This document shows positions 36,750 through 45,567 of a stretch of DNA of 51,430 nt, piece after piece. The stretch comes from a virus (lineage: Duplodnaviria; Caudoviricetes). The notes under the pieces were generated by a model that saw nothing but the letters and a program-made list of their open reading frames with translations, was not told the DNA's origin and made no database searches. The stretch is from positions 1 to 51,430 of IMG/VR virus record IMGVR_UViG_3300032225_002734. The stretch is one strand, 5' to 3'. The position numbers were made by a program, and so were the translations under genes. The number at the start of each line of letters is the position of its first letter. The first letter of the stretch is position 1.

Positions 36750-37734
36750 AAAAATCATATTACAAAATTTTCAATCTCCTGGAGACGTTATGATGCTCAC
36801 TTCCGCCGTAAGAGATTTAAAAAAAACCTTTCCGGAATGGAAAATAGATGTGAGAACTAGCACTATGGAAATATGGGAGAATAATCCATATTTAACAAAA
36901 TTAGACGAAAATGATACTAAAGTCGAAATAATTAAATGCGATTATCCTTTAATAAATAAAAGTAATTCTCATCCTTATCACTTTATACATTCGTTTAGAA
37001 TGTTTATTGAAGATTATTTAAAAGTTAAAATACCTCAAGGCGAATTCAAGGGCGAAATTTTTCTTTCTGATGAAGAAAAAACATGGATAAGCCAAGTGGA
37101 AGAAATTGGCATAAAAAATAAATTTTGGATTATAATGTCTGGTGGAAAATATGATTTTACTGCTAAATGGTGGAATCCATTAGAGCATCAAAAAGTCGTA
37201 GATTATTTTAAAAATAAAATAACTTTCGTGCAGTGTGGAGAAAGCGATCATTTTCATCCCAAATTAAATAATGTTATTAATTTAATTGGCAAAACGAATA
37301 CTAGAGAGTTCATTAGATTAATGTATCATTCTGTAGGGGTAATTTCTCCCATAACATTTGCGATGCATTTAGCCGTTGCAGTAGAATCAAAGTATAATCT
37401 TAAAAACCGACCAGCAGTAATAATTGCTGGAGGCAGAGAGCCAGCTCAATGGGAAGCTTATCCACACCACAGATTTCTCTCTCTAAACGGAGCCTTAACA
37501 TGCTGTTCTAACGGCGGATGCTGGAAATCTAGATGCACCAAAGTGGGAGATAAAGACGATAAAGATCAAGATTTGTGTGAATTTCCAGTAGAGATTAATT
37601 TTAAAATTAAAAATCCAGCGGAAAATTTTTCTAAAAATCTTTTGATCCCTAAATGCATGGATATGATTAAAGCCGAAGACGTTATTAAAGCCGTTGAGTC
37701 TTATTATATTGGAGGAATTTTAGAATATAATTAA
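36742..37734 (+). CDS. GT9 heptosyltransferase-like protein with Cys-rich C-terminus
   Basis: SPGDVMM, NNPY, AKWW, NLIGKT, AMHLA, CCSNGGCWKSRC...C...KCMDMI. Confidence 0.8.
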   Translation: MSRKIILQNFQSPGDVMMLTSAVRDLKKTFPEWKIDVRTSTMEIWENNPYLTKLDENDTKVEIIKCDYPLINKSNSHPYHFIHSFRMFIEDYLKVKIPQGEFKGEIFLSDEEKTWISQVEEIGIKNKFWIIMSGGKYDFTAKWWNPLEHQKVVDYFKNKITFVQCGESDHFHPKLNNVINLIGKTNTREFIRLMYHSVGVISPITFAMHLAVAVESKYNLKNRPAVIIAGGREPAQWEAYPHHRFLSLNGALTCCSNGGCWKSRCTKVGDKDDKDQDLCEFPVEINFKIKNPAENFSKNLLIPKCMDMIKAEDVIKAVESYYIGGILEYN

Positions 37735-37758
37735 TTTATATTATATAATATAGCTAAT

Positions 37759-38340
37759 ATGATTAGGGATAAGCCACTGCATAATTTTTTATTTGAGATG
37801 GATGAAAATAATTTTTTTAAAGATTTAAACGCATATTGCACGCCTTGGATAGACGTTTGTTGCATTTTATCCTTGATAAAATATCATAAGCCAAAAAATT
37901 TATTAGAAATTGGAACTCATTATGGACATACTACAAAAATTATTTCTGATAAATTTCCAGAATTAAAAATCACCACAATTGACCCAGGAGATAAAGTCCA
38001 ATTTGCTGATAGATCTCATATACAGCAGCAAGAATATCTTAGCCAAGACGAGATAGGCAAAATGTTTCGGGGGAATGAAAATATTAATTTAATAAAAGAG
38101 GATTTTCATCAAATAGATTTTAAAGAAACTTTTGATTTCATTTTCATAGATGGAGACCATACTTACCCCGCGGTAATAAATGATACAAAAAAAAGTTTAA
38201 GTTTATTAAATCCAAAAGGCGTCATTATATGGCACGATTGGGAGAATGTAAAAGATGTTAATGCCGCGTTGAATGAATTTAATTTGCCCAACCCTATTGT
38301 CTACCTTCATAATACATGGATTGCATATTATGAATCGTGA
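37759..38340 (+). CDS. Class I SAM methyltransferase
   Basis: LEIGTHYG, DFIFIDGDHTY, GVIIWHD. Confidence 0.9.
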   Translation: MIRDKPLHNFLFEMDENNFFKDLNAYCTPWIDVCCILSLIKYHKPKNLLEIGTHYGHTTKIISDKFPELKITTIDPGDKVQFADRSHIQQQEYLSQDEIGKMFRGNENINLIKEDFHQIDFKETFDFIFIDGDHTYPAVINDTKKSLSLLNPKGVIIWHDWENVKDVNAALNEFNLPNPIVYLHNTWIAYYES

Positions 38341-39133
38341 AAAACATTTATTTATCCAAAATCAATATTACGAATACAGCTCTTTGGGAGATGCTTGCAT
38401 GGAAGCTTTTTCGTATTATACAATCGTCAAAAAATATAATCTTGACGCAAAATTTATAATTAAAACTAATCAAATATTTGATGAAATTTGGTATGATCTT
38501 TTAGGTAAAGAAAATGTACTCAGATATTTACAAGATGTGCCAGAAGAATATAAATTAGGGAAATTGCATAGGCCTACAGATAAAGACGTAGGATATGGTC
38601 AATGGGCGTCGTATGATTTAATAGAAGGATTAATGTGGGAAAACGGTTTTTTTGACACAAAAAATATTAAATACGAGGTTCCTTCCCTCTATAACTGTCG
38701 TTTTAATACGAAAAATGTTTTAATATATCCTGACGAAAAAACTGACGGAAACAAAGTTTTTGATTCTGATTTTTGGATTTCTACCTATAAAGATTTAAAA
38801 AAACACAATTATAATGTATATTATCTTGGTACAAAAAATAATATTCATTTAAAACCATTTTATGATTCTTGCCGATTTGATATAGAATTTCAGCCTAATA
38901 TAAAAAATCTTAAAGAATGTATAAATAATTGCACTTTAGCAGTTGGTGCGTCTACGGGCCCAACTTGGTTTTGTCTATTTTCAAATATAAGGCAAATAGT
39001 ATTTCAATCTAAATCTAGCGCAGGATATTGGAATCTAGAAAGATATCAATTCTCTTTGCAGAAAAAAATCAAATTGATTCCCACTTTTGATGCTACTCTT
39101 AGAGATTTAATACATTCTAATAAAATTATTTAA
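38273..39133 (+). CDS. Divergent GT9-like protein; likely start at 38330
   Basis: SLGDA, AVGASTGPTW. Confidence 0.5.
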   Translation: MNLICPTLLSTFIIHGLHIMNREKHLFIQNQYYEYSSLGDACMEAFSYYTIVKKYNLDAKFIIKTNQIFDEIWYDLLGKENVLRYLQDVPEEYKLGKLHRPTDKDVGYGQWASYDLIEGLMWENGFFDTKNIKYEVPSLYNCRFNTKNVLIYPDEKTDGNKVFDSDFWISTYKDLKKHNYNVYYLGTKNNIHLKPFYDSCRFDIEFQPNIKNLKECINNCTLAVGASTGPTWFCLFSNIRQIVFQSKSSAGYWNLERYQFSLQKKIKLIPTFDATLRDLIHSNKII

Positions 39134-39145
39134 ATTATTTATTAA

Positions 39146-39174
39146 TTGACATTTCGATATATTTAATATATAGT
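39146..39174 (+). promoter_or_regulatory. Sigma70-like promoter, leaderless
   Basis: TTGACA-17-TATAGT, 6 nt before ATG. Confidence 0.7.
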
Positions 39175-39180
39175 TTTTTC

Positions 39181-40284
39181 ATGTCCTATTTCAAAGAAGC
39201 ATTAGGTTACGATGATATTTCGTTGCTACCAAATTTTTCTGATATAGTTTCTAGAAAAGAAGTTTCCACAAGGAGCAAAATATCAAAATCCAAATACATT
39301 GATATACCTATTATATTATCTCCAATGGATACAGTATCTTCTGTAAAAAGTTGTATCAAAATGAATCAGCTTGGCGCAGTTGGAGTTTTACATAGATTTA
39401 TGTCAGTTGAAGATCAACTCAAAAAATCTATTAAAATAAAAGATCAGAGCAATTTATCGGTAAATGCAATAGGTTTGAAAGACGCAAAAGAAAGAATATC
39501 TGCGCTCTCAGAATATACTGATATTTTCTTTTTGGATACAGCAAATGGTTTATCTTCAAGAGTTGAAGAGTTTCTTATCGAATACAAGCAATCTTCTCAT
39601 AAACAAGATATTATTGTAGGAAATACCTTAACAAAAGAAAGTGTGTATCGTTTAGCTAATTTAAAAGCAGATGGATTTAGACATTTGATTGGCCCAGGCT
39701 CTATGTGTTTGACTCAAATAAAAACTGGTATTGGTTGTCCAAGTGTTACAGGTCTTTACTACGGATGGAAAGCTGTTAGAAACTTTCAACTAGCAAATTT
39801 AGATTATTTTAGACACGAAAATCCCAAGGAAGAAAATCGTCCAAGTATACTTGCAGACGGAGGAATTAGATATCCTAAAGACTTAGCCAAAGCAATTGCT
39901 AGTGGTGCAGACGCAGTAATTTGTGGAAGAATATTTGCTGGATTAGCTGATATTGCGGATGAAGAGAATATAATTGAACAAGATGGAAAAAGATATTTTA
40001 AATATAGAGGCATGGCAAGTAAAGATGTAGTAGAAGATTATGAGCTCTATGATGGCTCAAAAAAGAATCTTTTTGTAGAAGGAGATAATGCTTTAATTCC
40101 AATTAATGAAAATAAAACTATTGAAGATGTTGTTTATGACTTTGCTAATGGCTTAAGAAGTTCTATGAGTTATTTAGGATTTTCTTCTATTGAAGAAATG
40201 CGTGGAGGCTTGTGGACAGATAAAATAAAAGCCGTTAGAGTAAGCGCAAATAATATGTATGAGGGATTTGCTCATGGAAAATAA
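39181..40284 (+). CDS. IMPDH/GMP reductase family enzyme, probably GMP reductase
   Basis: SPMDTV, HRF, DTANG, IGPGSMC, ADGGIR, YRGMAS, VEG; no CBS domains; no Arg-Tyr flap dyad. Confidence 0.85.
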   Translation: MSYFKEALGYDDISLLPNFSDIVSRKEVSTRSKISKSKYIDIPIILSPMDTVSSVKSCIKMNQLGAVGVLHRFMSVEDQLKKSIKIKDQSNLSVNAIGLKDAKERISALSEYTDIFFLDTANGLSSRVEEFLIEYKQSSHKQDIIVGNTLTKESVYRLANLKADGFRHLIGPGSMCLTQIKTGIGCPSVTGLYYGWKAVRNFQLANLDYFRHENPKEENRPSILADGGIRYPKDLAKAIASGADAVICGRIFAGLADIADEENIIEQDGKRYFKYRGMASKDVVEDYELYDGSKKNLFVEGDNALIPINENKTIEDVVYDFANGLRSSMSYLGFSSIEEMRGGLWTDKIKAVRVSANNMYEGFAHGK

Positions 40285-40287
40285 AAG

Positions 40288-40316
40288 TTGACTTTTATTT
40301 AAAAGAAATATAATAT
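40288..40316 (+). promoter_or_regulatory. Sigma70-like promoter, leaderless
   Basis: TTGACT-17-TAATAT, 7 nt before ATG. Confidence 0.6.
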
Positions 40317-40323
40317 TCAATAT

Positions 40324-40554
40324 ATGGGAGATTTTATTAAATATTTAGTAATACTTTTGGTGCTTCTTTGGTCTGTCACATGGAAATCTTTGTCTGAAGA
40401 AAATTCCGCAATTTACATTGTAAAAAATGGCAAACTAGTACCATTCAAAAATACTTCAAATTTTTCTGATAATTATTATGGAAGATCAACAAATTCAAAT
40501 ATAGGATTCACTAAAATCATCAAAGATAAAAATGGCAAGGAGATCAATGAATAA
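40324..40554 (+). CDS. Small protein with hydrophobic N-terminus
   Basis: YLVILLVLLWSV. Confidence 0.55.
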   Translation: MGDFIKYLVILLVLLWSVTWKSLSEENSAIYIVKNGKLVPFKNTSNFSDNYYGRSTNSNIGFTKIIKDKNGKEINE

Positions 40555-40750
40555 TGTAAAGTTTAATATTCTAAGAAGAATTATCGGAAAAAAAATGGTA
40601 ATTGTCGAAGACCATATTAAAAATATTTATTTTTATTCCTATATAGATTCAATTCTAGACGATTCTCATGTTAATATAAAAAATGAAGATGGGTCCTTAA
40701 GAAAAATTTCAATTTTTGATATTAGATCTCCAAGCGCGGATTATTCATAA
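40532..40750 (+). CDS. Small hypothetical protein; likely start at 40547
   Basis: AAGGAG at 40537-40542 before ATG 40547. Confidence 0.55.
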   Translation: MARRSMNNVKFNILRRIIGKKMVIVEDHIKNIYFYSYIDSILDDSHVNIKNEDGSLRKISIFDIRSPSADYS

Positions 40751-41018
40751 TTTTATGGAAGAAAATAATAAAGAATCTACTCAATCAAAAGACGATAGAA
40801 AGTATTCGGCTGAAGAACTTGAAAGCTTTTCTAAAATATGTCATATAAGAGGCAACGAATTTTCTCCCATCAGAAGAGCTGCTCCAAAAATTAAAAGAAA
40901 TGAAAAATGTCCATTCGATTCTAATAAAAAATTTAAAAAATGTTGCGGTGGAAGCGGCTCAAACCATTGCACTAAAATGCTACTAGATTATCTTAATTCT
41001 ATAAATAATAGCATTTAA
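40716..41018 (+). CDS. SEC-C motif protein; likely start at 40755
   Basis: KIKRNEKCPFDSNKKFKKCCG vs SEC-C [21 protein letters not shown]. Confidence 0.7.
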   Translation: MILDLQARIIHNFMEENNKESTQSKDDRKYSAEELESFSKICHIRGNEFSPIRRAAPKIKRNEKCPFDSNKKFKKCCGGSGSNHCTKMLLDYLNSINNSI

Positions 41019-41019
41019 A

Positions 41020-41832
41020 ATGCCTTTTTATCAAAAATTAAATTTAACATTTATTGAGATTCCAAGTAATGCGGGAACAGCTATAAATTATTCTTTATTG
41101 AAAAAAGAATACGATTTAGAATTTGCCCCCATCAGAGAATATAGAAAAATTTTGTTTGATTCAAATTTCCAAAGAAAATCAATTTACAAAGTATGTCCTT
41201 GGTGGATGATCGCTTACGATTATCCCCAATCGATTAATTCTAATATTACATTTGCCATAGTAAGAAATCCATTTGATAGGATGATATCTATTTTTCATAA
41301 CTTTACTAAATTTAGGGAAAAATATTTAAAATATAGATTATCAGAAGATGACACAAAAAAAGATATTCAAAATAAATTTGATAATTTTATTAAAGAATAT
41401 CATGCTTGGAGAAATATGGCCGCTGGAGCTGGACTTAATTTAATTGAAATCCTATCGAGAAAAAATCCTGTTATAACAAAAGATATGTATATAGAAAATA
41501 CTAAAGCGATCAAAGATTATTATTATTACGATCAAGCATATTTTTTGAATAAAGACTTCCAAAAAAATAAAACAATTTTTAGTGAAATTCTTCATAGGGA
41601 TTGCGATGTAATAAAATATGAAAATTTAAATTTAATTTATCAAAAATATCCTAATATTTTCACCGAAAAAATAGTTTATGAAAATTTTGATAAGCTTAAA
41701 AATGGTAAAAGTCAATTAAATAGAATACCATATCAAGCATATTATAGTAAATATACTAAAAAATTTGTCCAAGAACACTTCGAGATAGATTTTTATAATT
41801 TTCATTATTCATTTGATTTTAATTTAATATGA
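41020..41832 (+). CDS. Sulfotransferase family 2-like protein
   Basis: FIEIPSNAGTAI, FAIVRNPFDRMIS, IKYENL, DFYNFHYSF. Confidence 0.75.
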   Translation: MPFYQKLNLTFIEIPSNAGTAINYSLLKKEYDLEFAPIREYRKILFDSNFQRKSIYKVCPWWMIAYDYPQSINSNITFAIVRNPFDRMISIFHNFTKFREKYLKYRLSEDDTKKDIQNKFDNFIKEYHAWRNMAAGAGLNLIEILSRKNPVITKDMYIENTKAIKDYYYYDQAYFLNKDFQKNKTIFSEILHRDCDVIKYENLNLIYQKYPNIFTEKIVYENFDKLKNGKSQLNRIPYQAYYSKYTKKFVQEHFEIDFYNFHYSFDFNLI

Positions 41833-42830
41833 ATATAGAATTTGTTGATATCATTTTTGGTTTGCAATGGGGAGACGAAGGCAAAGGCAAAATTAGTAAT
41901 TCAATAGCTAAAAATTATGATATGGTTTGTAGGTGGAATGGTGGGCCAAACGCTGGGCATACAGTTTATATTAATAATAAAAAATATAAAACTCATATTA
42001 TACCTTGCGGCATTTTTCAAAATAAAGTTAGCGTCATAGGACCAAATTGCGTAATCAATGTAGATAAATTTTATGAAGAAATAGAATATCTCTCTAACCA
42101 TGGATTCGATACTTCTCTAATAAAAGTTAGCCCAAAAGCTAATATAATTACGGAAAGACATATTGTATATGACAGAATTTATCTCAATAAAAAACTTGGA
42201 ACCACTGGGCAAGGAATCGCTCCGGCTTATTCAGATAAAGCTTTGAGATGCGGTAAATTGATTGGAAAATATATAGATAAAAAATATTTATGGGATGGAG
42301 TTCTCAATGGTAAAATACTTTGCGAAGGCGCGCAAAGTTTTTGGTTAGATATAAATCACGGAAATTATCCATACGTTACGAGTAGTGAAACGCTTCCATA
42401 TTCCGCTTGTTCTCTTGGTTTTTCTCCGAAAAAAATAAAAGATATAATTGGTGTTGCCAAAGTATATGATACAAAAAGTGGCGTAGATCCATTATTCCCT
42501 TCGAGTTTATTTGAAAATCATATAATAAATGAATTGATTGAAATAGGCCAAGAATACGGATCAACCACTGGAAGAAAAAGGTCCGCTAATTGGCTTAGAT
42601 TAAACTTTCTATCAAAAGCGATAAATGTTTCGGGTGCGACAAAACTAATACTTAATAAATATGATATTTTATCTAAATTAAATGTTTATAAATTATATAT
42701 TGGAGAAAATGAAACCGATATTATTGATTTTCAAAACTTCGCTAATATGAGTCAATTTATTGAAAAATATATAAAAAGTAATTGTGGAGATATAGAAGTT
42801 ATTTTTTCTGGAAATAAAAACGGTATTTAA
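41829..42830 (+). CDS. purA: Adenylosuccinate synthetase, short form
   Basis: QWGDEGKGK, GGPNAGHT, GTTGQGIAPAY, EGAQ, YPYVTSS, STTGRKR. Confidence 0.92.
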   Translation: MNIEFVDIIFGLQWGDEGKGKISNSIAKNYDMVCRWNGGPNAGHTVYINNKKYKTHIIPCGIFQNKVSVIGPNCVINVDKFYEEIEYLSNHGFDTSLIKVSPKANIITERHIVYDRIYLNKKLGTTGQGIAPAYSDKALRCGKLIGKYIDKKYLWDGVLNGKILCEGAQSFWLDINHGNYPYVTSSETLPYSACSLGFSPKKIKDIIGVAKVYDTKSGVDPLFPSSLFENHIINELIEIGQEYGSTTGRKRSANWLRLNFLSKAINVSGATKLILNKYDILSKLNVYKLYIGENETDIIDFQNFANMSQFIEKYIKSNCGDIEVIFSGNKNGI

Positions 42831-43132
42831 ATATTAGATATAATATCTTCTAAAGCCGCTAGGTCTAAAGTGCCAGTCCTTCTTTGTACAAGAGAGTTAT
42901 TCTTGAAAAATAATAAAGTTGGCACAGAACTTATATCATAATCTAATGATAAATCCCTATGGCCATCAACATCAATTTTAATACATTCAATATTTTTAGA
43001 ATTTTTTTCTAAAAAAGCGTCCAATACTCGTTTAAACATTTTACATGGACCGCACCATGTAGCTGTAAAATAAATTAAAATAAATTTATTTTTTTCTTTA
43101 GAAATAAAATTTTCTATGTATTCTTTTGTCAT
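42827..43132 (-). CDS. trxA: Thioredoxin
   Basis: WCGPC, SVPT. Confidence 0.92.
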   Translation of the reverse strand: MTKEYIENFISKEKNKFILIYFTATWCGPCKMFKRVLDAFLEKNSKNIECIKIDVDGHRDLSLDYDISSVPTLLFFKNNSLVQRRTGTLDLAALEDIISNI

Positions 43133-43133
43133 T

Positions 43134-43415
43134 TTAATATTTTAAAATATGCCTTACAAATAAATAATTTATAAAAAATCCATTAAAACCGGAAACTATA
43201 TTAGATAAATATATTGGTAATATTTCACTAAATGGATTCATAAATAAACTTAAGCCTAACGATATCCAAAAACTACTACATTCATGGCACAATAATGGTT
43301 TTCTTATATAAGGGATTTTGGCTATAAAATTTCTAAAAGGTCTAGATGCTTCTGTATCTGACCAACCATAAGACAGCGCTAGACAGCTAAAAAGATACAT
43401 TATATATAATGTCAT
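43134..43415 (-). CDS. Small membrane protein with CxxC (DUF1360-like)
   Basis: LLCHECSSFW between hydrophobic segments. Confidence 0.55.
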   Translation of the reverse strand: MTLYIMYLFSCLALSYGWSDTEASRPFRNFIAKIPYIRKPLLCHECSSFWISLGLSLFMNPFSEILPIYLSNIVSGFNGFFINYLFVRHILKY

Positions 43416-43416
43416 T

Positions 43417-43875
43417 TTACATTAAATATACAGTTATAGTTCCATTATTATTATCTAATACAGAAAAAGCGCGAGGATCAAAATGATTTTTTTCTAAAAA
43501 TTTTACAAAATCGGCCCAAGAATCGTCTCCTTTTTTTACCGTATGAATTCTTGGGAAATTTTTATAAGCATTTTCTCTTTCTTTTGTGTCTTTAATTATA
43601 GGAGTACTTTTCTCGATAAGAGCTGGAATAGAAAATAATTTTAAAATAAAATCTTTTTCTTCTTTTGAAGATTGATATTTTTCATTCAAAAATGAACCGA
43701 CTCTAGTTCGGCAACTGCAATTGCTATTATATTTTGCTGAAGTTAAATCTGCAAGCATTTGTGGATATCTATTCTTTAAGGCCTCCCACGATTCGTCCAC
43801 TTCTACTAATGCTGGCACAAATGTATGTAATTTATAAATTAAATCTTTATCTTCGATAATTAAATTTTCACTCAT
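43417..43875 (-). CDS. Hypothetical protein
   Basis: 152-aa ORF with NCSC. Confidence 0.6.
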   Translation of the reverse strand: MSENLIIEDKDLIYKLHTFVPALVEVDESWEALKNRYPQMLADLTSAKYNSNCSCRTRVGSFLNEKYQSSKEEKDFILKLFSIPALIEKSTPIIKDTKERENAYKNFPRIHTVKKGDDSWADFVKFLEKNHFDPRAFSVLDNNNGTITVYLM

Positions 43876-43918
43876 ATTTTATATTATATATATAATAGTA
43901 AAATTTATCTAAAATTTT

Positions 43919-44304
43919 TGGACCTGCTCGGGGTCGAACCGAGGTCTTTTAATGATTTGAATTAAAATACTACAAGTTTAGCTCTTTTTATTTTTAGCCT
44001 TGTGTAGATAAAGAACAAACACACTTAGCGATTTTATTTTGAATATTGAATACTATAAGAATAAAAAAACTTATAATATTCAAACATCTAATAACGCAAT
44101 ATTCCAGTAGATGTGTCGTGGATATCACGCTGTAACTTAGGCTACAGATTCGGTCATCTCAACAAGAGAAACTCTTGCGGAAATATGACCTTTATATTTA
44201 GCTGTTTTGGCAGTTAATATAATTAAAACTTTTTAAAGAGACCCGTTTTAACCTCTACTTGCATTTTAATTTTAATTATTAAAATCGAAACCAAATTCAG
44301 GCCC
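43919..44304 (-). ncRNA. ssrA: tmRNA
   Basis: 5' GGGCCTG pairs with 3' CAGGTCC-A (G3:U); T-arm CTCGG-TTCGACC-CCGAG; TAACT-GCC resume site; tag ORF 44211-44137 AKTAKYKGHISARVSLVEMTESVA*; CCA not encoded. Confidence 0.93.
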
Positions 44305-44307
44305 AAA

Positions 44308-44353
44308 TTTTAAAGAACTATTCTATATTACATTTTTTATTAGCATTTGTCAA
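44308..44353 (-). promoter_or_regulatory. tmRNA promoter plus boxA-like element
   Basis: TTGACA (44353-48)-17-TAATAT (44330-25); GTTCTTTAAAA at 44318-44308. Confidence 0.65.
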
Positions 44354-44374
44354 TATATTAATATATAATTTAAT

Positions 44375-44533
44375 ATGAGTCAAAAGTATTATGCAATTTT
44401 CTCTAAAAAAGATAATTTTTTGCACGGGGCTTTTCCCTTTACAAAGGATGGATTAAAACTTGCTAAAAATTATTTGTATAAAATAAGCGGTAAAAATAAA
44501 AAAAATTTTTATATCAAAAAAAATTCAAAATAA
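44375..44533 (+). CDS. 52-aa basic hypothetical protein (not in ORF track)
   Basis: ATG 44375 to TAA 44533: MSQKYYAIFSKKDNFLHGAFPFTKDGLKLAKNY...; TATAAT just upstream. Confidence 0.6.
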   Translation: MSQKYYAIFSKKDNFLHGAFPFTKDGLKLAKNYLYKISGKNKKNFYIKKNSK

Positions 44534-44568
44534 AACTACGGGATAATGCGCAAGAAGTGTAATTTTCT

Positions 44569-45567
44569 GTGCCCATGAAAAAATTATTGATTTCTTGCCC
44601 CAGCCTCAAAGTGCCTCATGGAGGGATTAGAGTTATTATAGAGTGGGCACGCAGATTATCTAAATGGTATGAAGTTTCTATTTATGTATTAGACGGAAAT
44701 ACGGCATGCGACTGGATAGAAATCCAAAATAACATAAAACTTTTAAAAAATCCGCAATTAAATACATTCGATATTGTTATCATTACTAGTCCACACGCGA
44801 TATTTTTAGAAGATCAAATTAATAAAAATCAAAAATGTTTTATTTTCGCGCAAATGCTTGAACACTTATTTGACCCTACAAATAAAATTTGGGTTGAAAA
44901 ATGCAAAAAATTTTATCGGTCCAAATTCCCAATGTTTGCAATTTCTGAATGGAATATAGAATCGATTTATAGAGATTTCGAAAGAAATAAAAATATTTTT
45001 TATATTGGAAATGGCGTTAATTTAAAAGATTTTCCAATCAATTTTGGTTTTAAAGATAATAAAACTATATTACTCGAAGGATGGGAGCCTTCTAACATAA
45101 CGAAAGACACAGAGTATATTGGACCAAGAGTATGTCAGCTTTTAAAAAATAATCACGGGTATAAAATAATTGCTTATTCCAGCAAGAACATACAGCATTT
45201 TAAAGATGTTCCAGATGAATATTATGTGAATCCAGATCTAAAAAAAATAAATGAGCTTTATTCTCGCGCAAATATTCTAATAAAAGCTACAAAAATAGAC
45301 GCAAGAAGCTGCTCTCCTGTAGAAGCTATGACAAAAGGTACGCCAACCGCGAGAGCCATTATGTATGGGGATGACGATTTAATACATGATTATAATTGTT
45401 TGAAATCATATTATGACGCTAATCAACTATATTTAAACGCTTTAACTCTTATGCAAAATCAAGAAAAAAAGGAAAGGATGGCACTGCATTGTATAAATTA
45501 TGTGAAAGCTTTTACTTGGGATTTTTGGATTGGAGAAATACAAAAAATAATATCTACCTATGAATAA
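44569..45567 (+). CDS. GT4-like glycosyltransferase
   Basis: HGGIRVI, IGNGVN, ELYSRA, SPVEAMTKGTP. Confidence 0.8.
   Translation: MPMKKLLISCPSLKVPHGGIRVIIEWARRLSKWYEVSIYVLDGNTACDWIEIQNNIKLLKNPQLNTFDIVIITSPHAIFLEDQINKNQKCFIFAQMLEHLFDPTNKIWVEKCKKFYRSKFPMFAISEWNIESIYRDFERNKNIFYIGNGVNLKDFPINFGFKDNKTILLEGWEPSNITKDTEYIGPRVCQLLKNNHGYKIIAYSSKNIQHFKDVPDEYYVNPDLKKINELYSRANILIKATKIDARSCSPVEAMTKGTPTARAIMYGDDDLIHDYNCLKSYYDANQLYLNALTLMQNQEKKERMALHCINYVKAFTWDFWIGEIQKIISTYE

Noticed and set aside
17489-38340. SAM methyltransferases as DNA methyltransferases
   Set aside because: They lack DPPY/NPPY or PCQ catalytic motifs and match small-molecule/glycan O-methyltransferase patterns.
41829-42830. PurZ (2-aminoadenine DNA pathway)
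   Set aside because: Keeps the PurA catalytic Asp in GDEGKG (PurZ has Ser) and the K-x-D GTP motif (NKYD); no datZ/mazZ-like partner seen.
43919-43950. Stand-alone tRNA suggested by GGTTCGA T-arm
   Set aside because: The matching acceptor 5' strand lies ~380 nt away with a tag frame between, so it is the tmRNA.
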